The position numbers were made by a program, and so were the translations under genes. Of a DNA stretch of 64,000 nucleotides, positions 44,167 to 55,927 are shown one piece after another. The stretch comes from Diplonema japonicum. Taxonomy: Eukaryota; Protista; Euglenozoa: Diplonemea. How positions within the stretch are numbered: position 1 is the first letter of the stretch; each line of letters opens with the position of its first letter. The stretch lies in assembly GCA_964019335.1 (NCBI GenBank), contig OZ025665.1, positions 620,001 through 684,000 of the forward strand, read 5' to 3'. The notes under the pieces are model-generated. The model searched no databases. It saw only the letters and a list, made by a program, of their open reading frames with translations, and was not told the DNA's origin.

Positions 44167-46403
44167 TTAATTCGCAGTGGTGGTAGTGTTCCCGGGTTTT
44201 ATGCCTGGCAGAGAGACAAGTTCGTGGGGTACAGCATTGTTGTTGATGGATGTCACGTGTTGTTGTGTAACTTGAATCTGCCGCTTGAGGTGTTCGATCT
44301 CATTCCTAATCGGCACGGAGTCGACGTGGCCAATGGCGATGGCTTTGAATTCTACCATTTTGGCACGTGTTGCCAGGGTCATGTCCTCGTGCTCCACCAC
44401 GGGGTGGATGAACTCCACATCAGCCGCTTTGAGTGCCTGTTCCGAAATTACGAACTTCTCCAACGCACTCGAGGCCTGCTCCTTGAGACACCTTACATCT
44501 TGCTCAAGGTCATCCCTCACATGAAGAAGCTCTTTTTTCACATCAGAGAACTTTTTCGCGTTTGGATTTAATGTATCGGCGCACAGTTCCTGGTTGATGT
44601 GGCTAGTTTGGATCTGTTTGTCGACCTCTTCTATCTTCTTTTCTTTCTTGTGGGTCAGCTCTCCCAACGCTAGGAACAGGCCTCTGAACATCGCGAGGTG
44701 TTCCTTGTGGAGGTGCAGTTGGACTTCGGATAGATTCTTCGTCTTGCTTTGGAAGTCCTTGGCAAGCCCCCCGAACCCGCCCTGAACGAATTCGCCAACC
44801 AGGTTTGCAACATGAATCAAAGACTCACAGTTCTTGATGGTCAGATCTAGGTGTGCGATATGTTTGTCGCACACGGTGCAGAACCGGTCGAACTCCATGC
44901 GTCGCTGCTCGTCTTTTTCCTTGTCGTCGATGCGCTTCTTCACTTCCTTATGTCTGTCCTTCTCCAGCATCGCAAGCTCGGTTTCGCATTCTTCGATCTG
45001 TTTGTGTTTGTTGTGTGTTTTGTAACACACCTTCGCCCAGCACCTGTTCAGCCTTTCCGTGTTCTGCTGCAGCATCGCGTCGCTCTTCCTGCAGTCCTCC
45101 GCCATCTTCAGAACCATCTGCTTCTCGACATCTTCGATTCTCTCCCTCAGCGAGAACAGCTTCCGTGTGTCGTCTTCGCACAGGTTCTTCAGCCTTTCCT
45201 TGTGCGCTTTTATCCTGTGCGGTGTGTTGTAAAGGTTTCATCTGCATACTTTCTGACCTCCTCAGCTGCCTTGTCCTGGTAGTTACCTCGCACCTTGTCA
45301 AACACCGCCGTTTCCTTAAGAGTGTTGCCTGCGATGTTCAGCTTCTCGAGCACAGTTGCCTGCAGCTCTTCGTAGTGCTCCACGATGGAGTAGTAGTGCT
45401 TCTCAGCCAGCTGCATCTCGCCGTCTTCAAGGGCCTCTTCCCTGTCCTCTTTTGCCTGCTCCAGTTTGAACAGCAGGTGCTCCATGGACTCCTCGTGCGA
45501 CTCCAGCAAGGTCTGTATCGTAGGCGACGTGAATACGTGCTCCAGCTGGATGAGCAGTGTGTCGGGCACCCTTGCCAGCTCAGTCGCGTCCACTTGCGAG
45601 TTTTTCAGCTCCTTCTCAACACGCTCCAAGCGTCTCATGCCGTTGTTCACGCTCACCTTGTGCGGCCCGTACTGTTCCTTCTCGTGGTGGTCTTGTTTCA
45701 GTTTTTGGAGGTTTGCCGCCTGCTGCACGATCTCGAAGTACTGGGGTTCCGCGTCTGAGGAGTACAGCTGCTCGCCGTGCAGCTGCAGGCCTGCGTCTTT
45801 GATGATGTTCTCGACGGTGTACTTCGACTTCAGGTTCCACCCTGTGCCCTCCTCCATCTCGCGCAGGAGGTCAGCTGCCTGACTGCGGACCTTCGAGAGA
45901 TCACGCTGCTCCTCGTGACGGTGGGATTCAAAGGAGGTGATGAGCTCTTCGAGCTTATTGTGGCACTTGTGGAGGTCTTGCTGCTGCTTCAGGAACTGGA
46001 TGTACTCCTTGGATGCCGCATCAATACCTGGAGCGCTGGTCGGAGCGTCTTTTCTCTTCGCAGCAGAGACGGCACTCCCCACAGGTGCACTCTTGGTCAC
46101 TACCGCTGCTGGAGCTGGGGCTGCAGCTGGAGCAGCTTTCGTCTTGCTAGAAGGTGCAGGTGTAGGTGCTGGTGCAGCCGCGGCAGGTGCAGCATTTGCC
46201 GGGGACGCAGCAATGGCGGGTTCAGCAGCAGGGCTCTCTATCTTCTTTGTTGCACGCTCTTTCGGTGCCACAGCTGGTGATTCCACAGGGCTGCCACCCC
46301 CTGCAGCAGGAGATGCTGCGTCACCTTTATCTTTCTTGTTCTTAAAGGCTGTGTAATTCTGCCCTGCAGAGAAATAGTACGCCCGCAGCAGATCAGCTTC
46401 CAT
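44167..46403 (-). CDS. Paraflagellar rod family protein (divergent PFR paralogue); exons 46403-45250, 45214-44167
   Basis: IQTSHINQELCADTLNPNAKKFSDVKKEL, VEFIHPV match the PFR1/PFR2 C-terminal region; two ORFs joined by a 35-nt intron. Confidence 0.88.
45215..45249 (-). other. Cis-intron, 35 nt (PFR-family gene)
   Basis: GTATGCagatgaaacctttacaacacaccgcacAG; restores EEVRK-IKAHKERL. Confidence 0.88.
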
Positions 46404-46840
46404 TTTTCTTTTTAAATTCTCCTTTAAACCTCCCTTCCTTTTTGTCTGTAGCCCTTCCTGTGCTTGGATGTACTTTGTTTTGTATTTTCAATGAGGGGAA
46501 GAGGGGGAGATGGCGCGCAAAGTCACGAAATGTTCCGCCACGGTGAAGAGGAGGGGAAAGAAAAAGAAGAAACACTTCAAAAAAATAATAATAATGAGTG
46601 GTAAGACAAAAAGTATCGAGAAAAGTGGGGAGGGGGAGCCTCTTCTCTCCATCCGCCTCTTTCAACATGACGAAAACAAAACAAAAAACTATTTTTTTTT
46701 TCTTTGTCATTTCTATTCCCCCCTCTTTTTTTTTTTGCTAAAGTATGGTCTTTTATTTTCTTCCATCTTCATCTGAAGAGGCATCAGGGGTGGAGGAGAA
46801 TGAAAAAAAAAAAAAAAAAAAAAAAAAAAAACACGACTTC

Positions 46841-46921
46841 TTACTTTTCATCCTCAGAACCCTGGACGGGCCCTGCGACAATACCAGTCTTGGGGTCTCG
46901 GTAACGGATACCTGTAAATTC

Positions 46922-46958
<37 letters not shown>

Positions 46959-47450
46959 CTTTCCCTTCCCCTTCCATGGTTCCTCTCCCATACCAGCGTT
47001 CTTGAACAGGTCGGCAAGGTCCCCGCTTTCGTGCATTTCAATCATCAAATCACAGCCCCCTACGAACTCACCGTCGACAAAAAGCTGGGGGATAGTGGGC
47101 CACCCGGAGATCTCCTTGATCCCTTCCCTTACTGCGGGGTGGGCCAGCACGTTGTATGAGGTGTAAGGGACTGCGTACTGAGCCATGAGGTCCACGACCT
47201 TCCCGCTGAAGCCGCACCTTGGTGCCTCAGGCTCACCCTTCATGAAAAGGCACACCTTCATAGCCTTGATATCGTTCCTCATTTCATCCATGATCTCTTT
47301 CTGCTCTGCTTCCGCACCTGGTCCTCCGAAGTTCCACCTTGTCTGCACCGGTTTCATGCTTCCCATAACACCTTCCCTTGACACCCTCATCCCCTGCACT
47401 GCAACAGCCCTTCTCGCACTCCTCATACCCATTCTGCATAGCGACTGCAT
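46841..47450 (-). CDS. GRX5: Monothiol glutaredoxin (CGFS), mitochondrial Grx5-like; exons 47450-46994, 46911-46841
   Basis: FMKGEPEAPRCGFS, WPTIPQLFVDGEFVGGCD; Arg-rich presequence. Confidence 0.92.
46912..46993 (-). other. Cis-intron, 82 nt (Grx5)
   Basis: GTATGG..(A)n..tttacAG; gives AG-IRYRDPKTG...DEK*. Confidence 0.82.
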
Positions 47451-47748
47451 TTTTACTATTTTTTTTTGTTCTCTGGGTGGGAGAAAAAAAAATGGTTTAA
47501 ACGTCTACATTGGCAAAGCAAGCAAACAAAAAAAAAAAGGAAAAAGAAAGAAAGAAAGAAACCAAGTTATCCCTTGATGGATCTAAAAGTGAACAAATGG
47601 AAAAAAGTGGAAAAAAGAAAAATAAAAAAAAAGGAAATCCTTTAAAATTGAATGCGATAAAAAATAAAAATATTTAAAAAAAAAAAAAAAAAGGGAAGGG
47701 AGAAGGTAAACGCCTTCTCTCACTTCCTACCTCTATACCCACTTTTGT

Positions 47749-50700
47749 TTACATCTTTTCGGAGAACAGAGCAGTAAGGGCAAGGGTACAATCGTATTCG
47801 TCATGTGCAGAGGTGACTGCGGCTATGGCTGCGGTGTACTGTCTGCAGGCCGCCTTTGCTCGGATATCGTATTGGGGTAGGTTTCCGATCTGCGTGGGTT
47901 TTTTCCTCCCCTCTTCTTAAACCCCAACATACCATAGCGGAAGGTCCCTTTTTAGGACTCAGCAACACCTTAAACAGCGCTCGGCGCTTCGCCACTTGCT
48001 TCTCACTCGCCAGGCTCCGGTTAAGCTCTGCAACAGTCTGTGTGGGTGGTCCTTCGTTGTCAAGACTGCATACCTGGTGGGCGAACCCCAGCTGAATAAG
48101 CATCTGCGCGGGTTCGGAGCTGCTCTGGAACAGCCCACAGTACAGCTCGCAGATGAGGTTGATGAGGTAGTTGGAGAGCTGCGATTCCTTGTTGGCTCCT
48201 GAGGAAGACGGCTTTGCCTTCAATGAAGAGAGACGATGCAGCGAGGCTCCCAAAAGGTGCACAAGCGTCGGGTGCAGCGAGGCGTGCAGCAGCACCTTGG
48301 GTGCCAGCTTCTGCAGTGCCTCGACAGACCGAACAGCAGAAACAGGCGACGGCCAGCTCACAGCACCTATTAACAACAGCAGCATGCCATGTAGCAGTCG
48401 TGTGTCGTTGCACAGTTGCACGCACACACTGCTTATCACGTCACTCTCTTTCGGTTCTCTGCAGTACCTCTTAAGCTTTGTGTTACCTACAAGGCCACCC
48501 TGCGAGATGGTCGCAACATGGAAGAAGCTTCCTACCACCTCCGAGGACGCATCCGCCAGCACCTTGTACTCCCACCCCTCGTCCGTCGTCACCTTCCCGT
48601 TGCTCTTGAAAGCCCCTCCCGAAGAGGCCCCTTCCTTCGCGCACCATTCCATCCATCCCCTGCTCAATCTCTCAAAGATAAATCCACACACAGACGGGAA
48701 CACCTTTGCCAGGACCCCGTAAGCGTCCGCCGGTGTCAGCAGCGTGAAAGGCATGCAGAAGTCGCCCCAGAAGTACTTCAGATGCAGCAGCTCGATGTGC
48801 TTCAGGGGGTCGATAAATAGCCTGCTGTACACTTCCGTCATGTAACTACTATAGTTTGCTGAGTTGAAGGCCGTGAGTGACCCCAGCAGCACGTACACAG
48901 ACGCCCGCACCTGGCTGATGTACTGCCGTGCTAGGAACATGGTGTTCGAATGTTCCCTCGACGTGAGGCCCCCACCTGTCGCCTGCTCCTTCTCTTCTGG
49001 AGTAATGGCGAGGAGCGTGCCTGCTTTGCCTGCCATCTGCCCAGGGACCATCATTGTGTTAATGCACTTAGCGAGGTCCAGGAGAGGAGACACTAGGATG
49101 CCCGAGAGCTGGATGAGAGACGACGAAGATGAAGTGGGGATAGAGCGCTTGAAGACGCCTTGGAACACGCACAGGCACTTCTTGAGGTTTGCCCGTGCTG
49201 CTTCCAGATCTGGGCGTGTGCCTTTCGGATCGAGCAGGTTCTCTACCATAAGTTGGAAGGCAGGGGGAGAGGTGCATATGGGCTGCAGTGCCCGCCAAGG
49301 GGCCATCATGGGCTCCATGATCTTGCACAACACAGCATCCCTCCTGGTGCCTTCCAGACGCCCCGTCAGCGAGATCAAGCTCTCTGCAAGCAGCGACACC
49401 TCCTGGTCCGTCAGTCCTGCTTGTGACTGGTGCTCCCATGCCTGCAGGATGATCCCTATGTGTGCTTCTATCTCTTGTGCGAAAACTGTCGACAGGTGGA
49501 CAAGGACCGCATGCACCTTCCTCCTTGCGGTGACAGTGTCCATCGTGAGCTCTGTTTTGTCAGCATCCGTCTTGAAAGGCATCAAGCTCACCAGCTTTGC
49601 GATCACCTTGCCCAGCACATCGGAGCGATTCCTGCAGAGCAGCAGTGCAAGGCACTGCAGAATCGCCAGGTACTTAGGGAGGATAGAGTTGTCGGTGGTG
49701 CTGTAGTCGATGAACCTGAGTGTGATGCCCTGCAGCTTCAGCACCAAGTCTTTGGGTATGCCGGGGTGCTCTTCGATGTTGACGGTGCCTGCCAAGGTGT
49801 CCACGAAGTGCGTAAAGACTTGGTCTGCAACAGCCCATTTGCAGTATGTTTGTGTCTGATGCGTGACACCACCACCCGCAGGCTTCTTACTTTCTGCAGG
49901 GTTTTGTGCTCCGTAAGAGCCCAACAGCTCCTCCAGCAACATGCCAAGGTAAGTAATAGTCGCATGCGGGCAGTGTTTGTTGATTAGGTGCGCAACCTCC
50001 TTGTGCACCGACGTCAGCACACCGTGGTGCAAGAGGTACTCCTCTTCCTGGTCCTCGAAGTCCAGCATATGGTACACGCCTGCAGCGCCCTCTTGCTTGC
50101 CCGTTACTCTCAGCAGGTGGGCGTCATTGATGAACTGCAACAGAGGCAACAGGAAGCCTTCACCAGCCTGCAACAAACCTTTCAAAACCTTTGGACAGGA
50201 GAGAAGCTTTTTTACAAAGGTAAGGGAGTGCAAGTGAATAACCGCAGCGGGGTGCATCACAAGGGCGACGGTGCAGTTCTTGAGGACTTCCATGTGCCCG
50301 TTGGCAACAAGCTTCTCGAGCAGCACTTCGTTCTTCACGATGGCCACCAGCACGTCGGAGAGGCGCAGAGCGAACCTGTGGGCCGCACTGAGCTCGTCCT
50401 CATCCATGGCAAGGTTTTTCGCGGCGTCACGCTGGAGCGCAGTCGTGATGAAGTTCATGAGAGCAGACAGGAAGCCGAGGACGGGCTTCCAGTCCCTTAT
50501 GTCGTCTGAGGGTATGCTAGTGGCCTCCACCAGGTCGTGCAGGAGGTCTGCGATGCGGCTGCACACCTCTGGGTGGGTGATAAGCTTCGCCCAAGAGGTG
50601 AGGTTGTGCAGCACAAGCTTGTAGAGGCTGAAGACGGTGCCGTACTCGGCGACGAGTTCAATGCAGAGTTCCATCTGCGTGGCGAGCTCGTGGTTCTGGG

Positions 50701-51343
50701 GGTTCGCGAAGTACGCGTCAACAGACTCAACAAAGTAGGTGTTTGTCATCTGCAAGACGGAGAGGGCGTTGGCCTCCAAGCCCAGGAGGACTTCCGACTT
50801 CCTGTCGGCTTCTATGTGCAAAGAGTCCCATCGACCTGTGGCGGTTGCTACAGATTTTTCGTGCGGTGTTTTTTGTTTGTAGTTGTGAAGAGCTGTTTCT
50901 TGCGGCATGGAGAGGAGGACCCGCTGGGCCATCTCGCGGGATTTCGGGGATGTCTGCCACATCATGGAGAGGGTGGGGAGGAGCTCGGCCCATTGCTGTG
51001 GCCAGATGCGCACGCACAGCATGCCGATGAGTTTGGAGAGCTTTTCCTGAATGACGCGTTCCTGAACTGCTCCACACATGTCGAGGAGGCGTCGCTTCCA
51101 CTCCGCCACCTCACCACTGCCGTACTCCCCCCAGTGCCGTTCCACAGCCGTCTCGAGGAGGTGGTACCCGAAGTGCTGCAACACAACGTTCCCCGTCATC
51201 TCTGCATACCCAAAACCATACTCTGCTATGCCCTTGCCTTTCTCTCCTTTTACCTTTTCGATGTATGCCTCCGCTGACTGCCTGCTGCTCTGATCTGTCC
51301 CGCTGTATGCGACCTGCGCAGCTTCGGTGAGTTGTTCCTGCAT
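47749..51343 (-). CDS. XPO5: Exportin-5/Msn5-like karyopherin; exons 51343-48074, 48037-47933, 47889-47749
   Basis: QHFGYHLLE..V..HW, KLSKLI..L..RIWPQQW; spliced tail IGNLP...LTALF resembles the exportin-5 C-terminus; start codon tentative. Confidence 0.78.
47890..47932 (-). other. Cis-intron, 43 nt (exportin)
   Basis: GTATGT...cacgcAG. Confidence 0.82.
48038..48073 (-). other. Probable cis-intron, 36 nt, in frame and stop-free (exportin)
   Basis: cag|GTATGC...cacacAG, same signature as frame-supported introns. Confidence 0.68.
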
Positions 51344-51566
51344 AGATGGGCGAGGCCCCTGTCCCACCTGTCCTGTTGTGGGGCTTTAAGCTCAAGCCGA
51401 CAAAGAGATGAGATACACATTAGACAACAGAAAAAAAGAGGGGAATAGGGGGTATAAGAGATAAAGGGCCCAGTGTTGGTGCTCCCTTTAAAAAAAAAAA
51501 AAAAAAAAATAGAAGAAAAAAAAAAGGGGTATTATTTTTTTTTTTCTTTATAATTATTTTCCGTCA

Positions 51567-52157
51567 TCAATTGGCATCCTTAACCACTTTCTCTTCGGCT
51601 TCGGGAGTTGTTGTTGTTGCCGCTTCTTTCTCTTCTTCTTTTTCAGCTTCTGCGGGTTTTTCGACTTTCTTCTTTTGCGGCTTTTGTTGCTTGTTGGGTT
51701 TTTCCGCAATCTCGGGAGCATCCAGAACGAGGGTAACGGGGCCATCGTTCTGGATGTGAACCTGCATGTGTGCACCGAAAGAGCCTGTTTGGACCCTATC
51801 ACTCTTATAGGCCGCTCGTAGGGACTTTACAAGCTCATCAAAGAAAGGTTCTGAGCCACTGCCTGGCATGGCGTTGTGGAAGTCAGGCTTGGCACCCTTG
51901 AGCACGTGGCACAGCGTGAATTGACTTACGAGCATGATTTCACCTTCGATATCAGTTACATTCTTTGCCCAGCTCTTCCCATTCTCATCCTCAAAGATGC
52001 GCAGGGAGAGTAACTTCTTCACCATCCACGGAATTTGTCCCTTTGTGCTAGCATTGCTGATCCCTACCAGCACACACATGCCTTTTCCCACCTTCCCTAC
52101 CTCTTTTTCCCCCACAGTCACCGAGGCCGAAGCCACCCTTTGCACTACTCCACGCAT
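51567..52157 (-). CDS. DTD1: D-aminoacyl-tRNA deacylase with charged C-terminal extension
   Basis: MRGVVQRV, LVSQFTL, FGAHMQV, NDGPVT. Confidence 0.95.
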   Translation of the reverse strand: MRGVVQRVASASVTVGEKEVGKVGKGMCVLVGISNASTKGQIPWMVKKLLSLRIFEDENGKSWAKNVTDIEGEIMLVSQFTLCHVLKGAKPDFHNAMPGSGSEPFFDELVKSLRAAYKSDRVQTGSFGAHMQVHIQNDGPVTLVLDAPEIAEKPNKQQKPQKKKVEKPAEAEKEEEKEAATTTTPEAEEKVVKDAN

Positions 52158-53839
52158 TTGGTTACGATATAAAAAAAGAGTGCTTTTTTTTTTTTTCTTT
52201 TTTGTCAAATTTGTTTATTGGTGGTGTACAAGAAGAAAAAAAAAAGTTTTTTTTTTTCCTTGAAAGGGTAGAGTGGTGGAAGAGAGAGAAAGAGAGGAAG
52301 AGAGAGGGGGAAAAAAAAAGGAAAAAGAAGAAGAGAAAAAAAAAATAAAGTCTGAGATCCCCCCTTTTTCCAACCCTTTTTATATTTGATAGCACTTTTC
52401 TTTTCTTTTCTTTTCTCTTTTTTTTTTTTTTTTTTTTTCCTTTCTTTTTTTTTCGTGTCTTCAAATCTAAATAAGAAGAGGAAAATAAAAAAGAGGGGAA
52501 AAAAACTTGAAAAAAAAAACAGGGGAGAGAAACGGGGTGAAAATAAATAAAAAAAAGGAAGGAAAAAAAAAAACATAAAAAAACAAACGTAAAATAAAAG
52601 ATTCTCCTAAAAGTATTTTTATTTCCCCCCCTTCCACGAAATTTAACCCCCATTTTTGTTATCCCCGGTTTCAACAGACCTAAATAAGAAAGGAAATAAA
52701 AAGGGGAGAGAAAAAAGAATGGGTGGGTTTACTAACTTATGTGGGACCCACTGCGCGCTAAGTTATGGCGGTAATAGTGGGGGAAGGGGAGGGAAGGGGA
52801 GGGGTGGCCGAACTTTTTTTTTTTCCCCTTTTTTTTTTCCTGCATGGATAGGGAACGAAAGGAGTGGGGGAAAAAAAAAGTAAATATTACTTTACCGATA
52901 CCCAGTTCCCCGAGCTAGGGCCACATGTGGTTCACATTTAAAAGAAAAAAAAAAAGAAAACAAAACAAAAGGTGGGGGTGGGAAGGTATATCAGGAAAAA
53001 CTTTTGCTTAAAACCTGAAACCCCCATTCCATTGTTGAGATTGTTGAGAATGAGAAAATTTTATGCAACACTGGAGAAAAAAAAAAAAAAAAAAAAAAAA
53101 AACTTTACAAAAATCTCAGTGGAAGTTCTTTAATTTTTACTTTTCTCTTTTTTTTCCTCTCGTTCTTCTCTTTCGCTCTAGTACTTTACAAGTGGGAAAA
53201 AATGGGGAGGGGGTTATTATTACTCTTTTTTTTTTTTTTTGCTTAAAACTTACTAATAACAACCATAAATTTGACACGTGAAAGGAGCGGAAAGGGTGTG
53301 ATAATTAGGGGCAACGAAAGGGAAGCAAAAGATAACTTGGAAATACCACAAAGAGGAGGAGGTTGGAAGGGAATGGAGTTTCTCTTCTTCTTCCGTTTTA
53401 TTCTTGAAACTGCCAAACTCCGTCACAATAGGAGCCATGGGTCAATTATGCCATCCATAGACTCTTTTTTTTTTTTTTTTTTTTTTTTTTGAAAGAACAT
53501 TGTTCTCCCCCCCCCTTCTTTTCCCGTTCTTCTTACCCTCTAGGCGAAGCGACCTTTTAAAAAAACGAAGAAAATACACAAAGAAAACGAAAAAAAAAAA
53601 AATAACGAAACCAACAAATTCTTCCCTCCTCCCCTTTTTTTTTTTCCCTTTTTTTTTTTTTTTTTTACCAATCAAGGACAATTTCTTTATTTAATATACA
53701 ATTTTCGTTCTTTTTTTTTCCCCTTAAACTCTTTTTTTTTTCTCATTTTTGTTTCTAAAAAAAAAAAAAACGTACACACAAAATAACAGTTTCTGTTCTT
53801 TTTTTTTTTCCCCAAAAAAAAAAAATTCTCCCCTGTTCT

Positions 53840-55096
53840 TCAAAAATGTGACTGGGGGGTTCTAATGGGCTTCCCAGGAGTCGAGATGTCTCTACGGGGA
53901 AACAGAGGGGGTTCAGAATTTGCAACGATAGATGCCCGTTTGTTCTTTTTATAAAAGAGAATGTACGGCTTATCACCGCTAACAACAGGAGTGGCAGCCA
54001 CCTGCGCTACATAAGAGTCGTCACAAGAATGCCAAGACCCACTAGGGGACGACACGAGGCTGGTGTAGTGCCCCGAACCAAGCCCACCAGAGTGGTTAAT
54101 AACCCCGTAAAGACTGTATTGCGTGGACAGGTTCTCAGGAAGGCTACGGCTTGAAGGGGAAATGTATGGTTTCAAATCCAGCTCGTGAGGTATACTCACA
54201 TCGTCCGACAACTTATAACACCCATAGTTGAACCGCAAGAGGTGCACCAGAAGGTACTCTGGTGACCGCATGATCTGCAGCTGCTTAACAGATCTCGTTT
54301 GGGTTTTACATTTCCGGCAATGGAATCTGTCATGCCCGTCCAAGGTCTCCGTGTCGCAGAAGCGTCGTAAGCAGTCTGTTAAATCGTGTTTCTGGCTCAT
54401 TCTGTACGCGGGGGTTCGGGTAACTTTCGGTATTGGGACCGATAGGTCCAGAAAAGGGTCGAAGGCAAGGTGTGGTGTCTCGCAGACTGTGCATGTCACC
54501 GACGACATCAGCTGCCCGCCGAAGGTGTCATATACAACACTGTCGTCTCTTTTCTTGGTGTACGCCCACCAGCGTGAGGAGGTGTCGAGGACTTGTTCCC
54601 CTTCCACGTCGTCGAGCTGTTCATAATGCGGTTTTCCTCTATTTCTGTTCACTTCTTGATGCAGCCCTTCGAGCATGAACCGGAGGAACTCCTGTGCGTC
54701 GTGCTGCCCGTAGCCCATGAATGTCGGGTTGAAGCCTCCTATCGCTGTTTTCACCCCTCTTGGAACCACCACTCTGTCCCGTCCCACAACCCCTCGCCTT
54801 GCTGCTTGGATGTCCGCCGTCATTGTTTGGAATGCTTCCAACAGGTCGATTTTGGTTGGGTCGCGTGGTTTTTCCATCGCCACCATACCGCAGAACCCCT
54901 GTGTCGCGACGAGGCACTGCAGTGCTGCGTTCATGAAGCAGGTGTTTCCCAGGTTGCTGAGGCCGATGGGTCCGTTGTTTTCTTCTCGTACTCTTCTGTA
55001 CTCAGTGACAGGTGGCGGGGTGCTTGGGTAATGGGAGTAAGCGTGCTTCATGGTGTTGGGGGCATAAGGTTGCTTGTACCATCGTGTTGTGTACAT
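53840..55096 (-). CDS. Ubiquitin-specific protease (peptidase C19, USP2/8-like catalytic domain); start uncertain
   Basis: GLSNLGNTCFMNAALQCL, QHDAQEF, HLLRF, NHSGGLGSGHY, YILFY. Confidence 0.92.
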   Translation of the reverse strand: MYTTRWYKQPYAPNTMKHAYSHYPSTPPPVTEYRRVREENNGPIGLSNLGNTCFMNAALQCLVATQGFCGMVAMEKPRDPTKIDLLEAFQTMTADIQAARRGVVGRDRVVVPRGVKTAIGGFNPTFMGYGQHDAQEFLRFMLEGLHQEVNRNRGKPHYEQLDDVEGEQVLDTSSRWWAYTKKRDDSVVYDTFGGQLMSSVTCTVCETPHLAFDPFLDLSVPIPKVTRTPAYRMSQKHDLTDCLRRFCDTETLDGHDRFHCRKCKTQTRSVKQLQIMRSPEYLLVHLLRFNYGCYKLSDDVSIPHELDLKPYISPSSRSLPENLSTQYSLYGVINHSGGLGSGHYTSLVSSPSGSWHSCDDSYVAQVAATPVVSGDKPYILFYKKNKRASIVANSEPPLFPRRDISTPGKPIRTPQSHF

Positions 55097-55268
55097 GGCC
55101 ACCTGTGGGTTGAGGAAGGGGATTGGCAACAAATAAAAAATTTAAAATAGAACAAAAAAATGGAGGGGTTTAAATAGAACAAGACTACAAGAAAAGAGAA
55201 GGGGGAGGGGGGGGATGGTTGTAAATGTATTTTCTTTTTTGTCTTGTGTTTTTTTCTTCTTTTTTTTC

Positions 55269-55482
55269 CTACTTTCCCCGGTGCACTTTCTTGTGCATGT
55301 CCATCCCTGTGTGTGTCTTGAACTCGGTCACTGCTGCGTCAAATCCCTGTTATGTTTTTTTTTTTAATGTTCCCCCCCTTTTTTTTCCGTACCGCTAGAA
55401 AATCTTTATTGTTCCACATGCTGTGGTGTGTAACTTTTGGGTGAGGTGTACTCCCACTTCCTCCGCTGGTCGACTTTCCCAT
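55269..55482 (-). CDS. Possible small spliced ORF (55 aa; intron 55347-55392) or upstream exons of the USP gene
   Basis: aaaaacATG context; GTACGG...taacAG intron keeps frame: MGKSTSGG...NNKDFLA|GFDAAVTEFKTHTGMDMHKKVHRGK*. Confidence 0.35.
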
Positions 55483-55515
55483 GTTTTTTGTCGTCCTGTT
55501 GGTCTTCGTAAATAC

Positions 55516-55927
55516 CATGGACCGAAGTCATTATGAGTCATGGAGTCATTATAGGTGATTGAGGAGTTTTTTAAGCAGGACCCGTCAAGAGGCGTGTGAA
55601 GAACTGGGGGAAAAAAAGTCTTCGCCGGCACCATTGACGTGGATGCCGGTGAAGAGCATGAGAGGGTGGTAAGCAAAGGGCACAGCAGGCCAGGAGCTGA
55701 CGGACTTCGTACGGTTGGCCGCTTACGCGGGTTGACTGGAAGTCAGCTAGCGGTGCTCAGTCACCACCTGAAAATTCATACAGCGACATCCCCACCTTCC
55801 TCTCGATTTTTTCCTCTAGAGCTTTTTTCATGATGGTTTTGCCCTGTTTCCACCCAGACTGATAATAGGTCGATTGTGGGACGATTTTTTTGGCATCGGC
55901 CATGACTCATAATGACTTCGGGCTATG
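55516..55927. mobile_element. 412-bp non-autonomous DNA transposon (MITE) with 28-bp TIRs and 6-bp TSD
   Basis: TIR CAT(G/A)G(A/C)CCGAAGTCATTATGAGTCATGG (inner 22 bp perfect: 55522-55543, 55900-55921); AAATAC at 55510-55515 and 55928-55933. Confidence 0.82.

Noticed and set aside
45210-45250. Apparent frameshifts or premature stops in PFR, CAND1 and IFT144 suggesting pseudogenes or recoding
   Set aside because: All are resolved by canonical GT-AG short introns
50836-50903. A/C-rich stretch ending CACAG inside the exportin ORF, resembling an intron
   Set aside because: No nearby GT or GC donor in a frame-compatible phase; the frame is open, so treated as a coding loop
53786-53805. ACAGTTTCTGTTCTTT on the plus strand, similar to the SL 3' half
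   Set aside because: Only an 11-nt exact match running into a T-run, opposite orientation; compatible with chance
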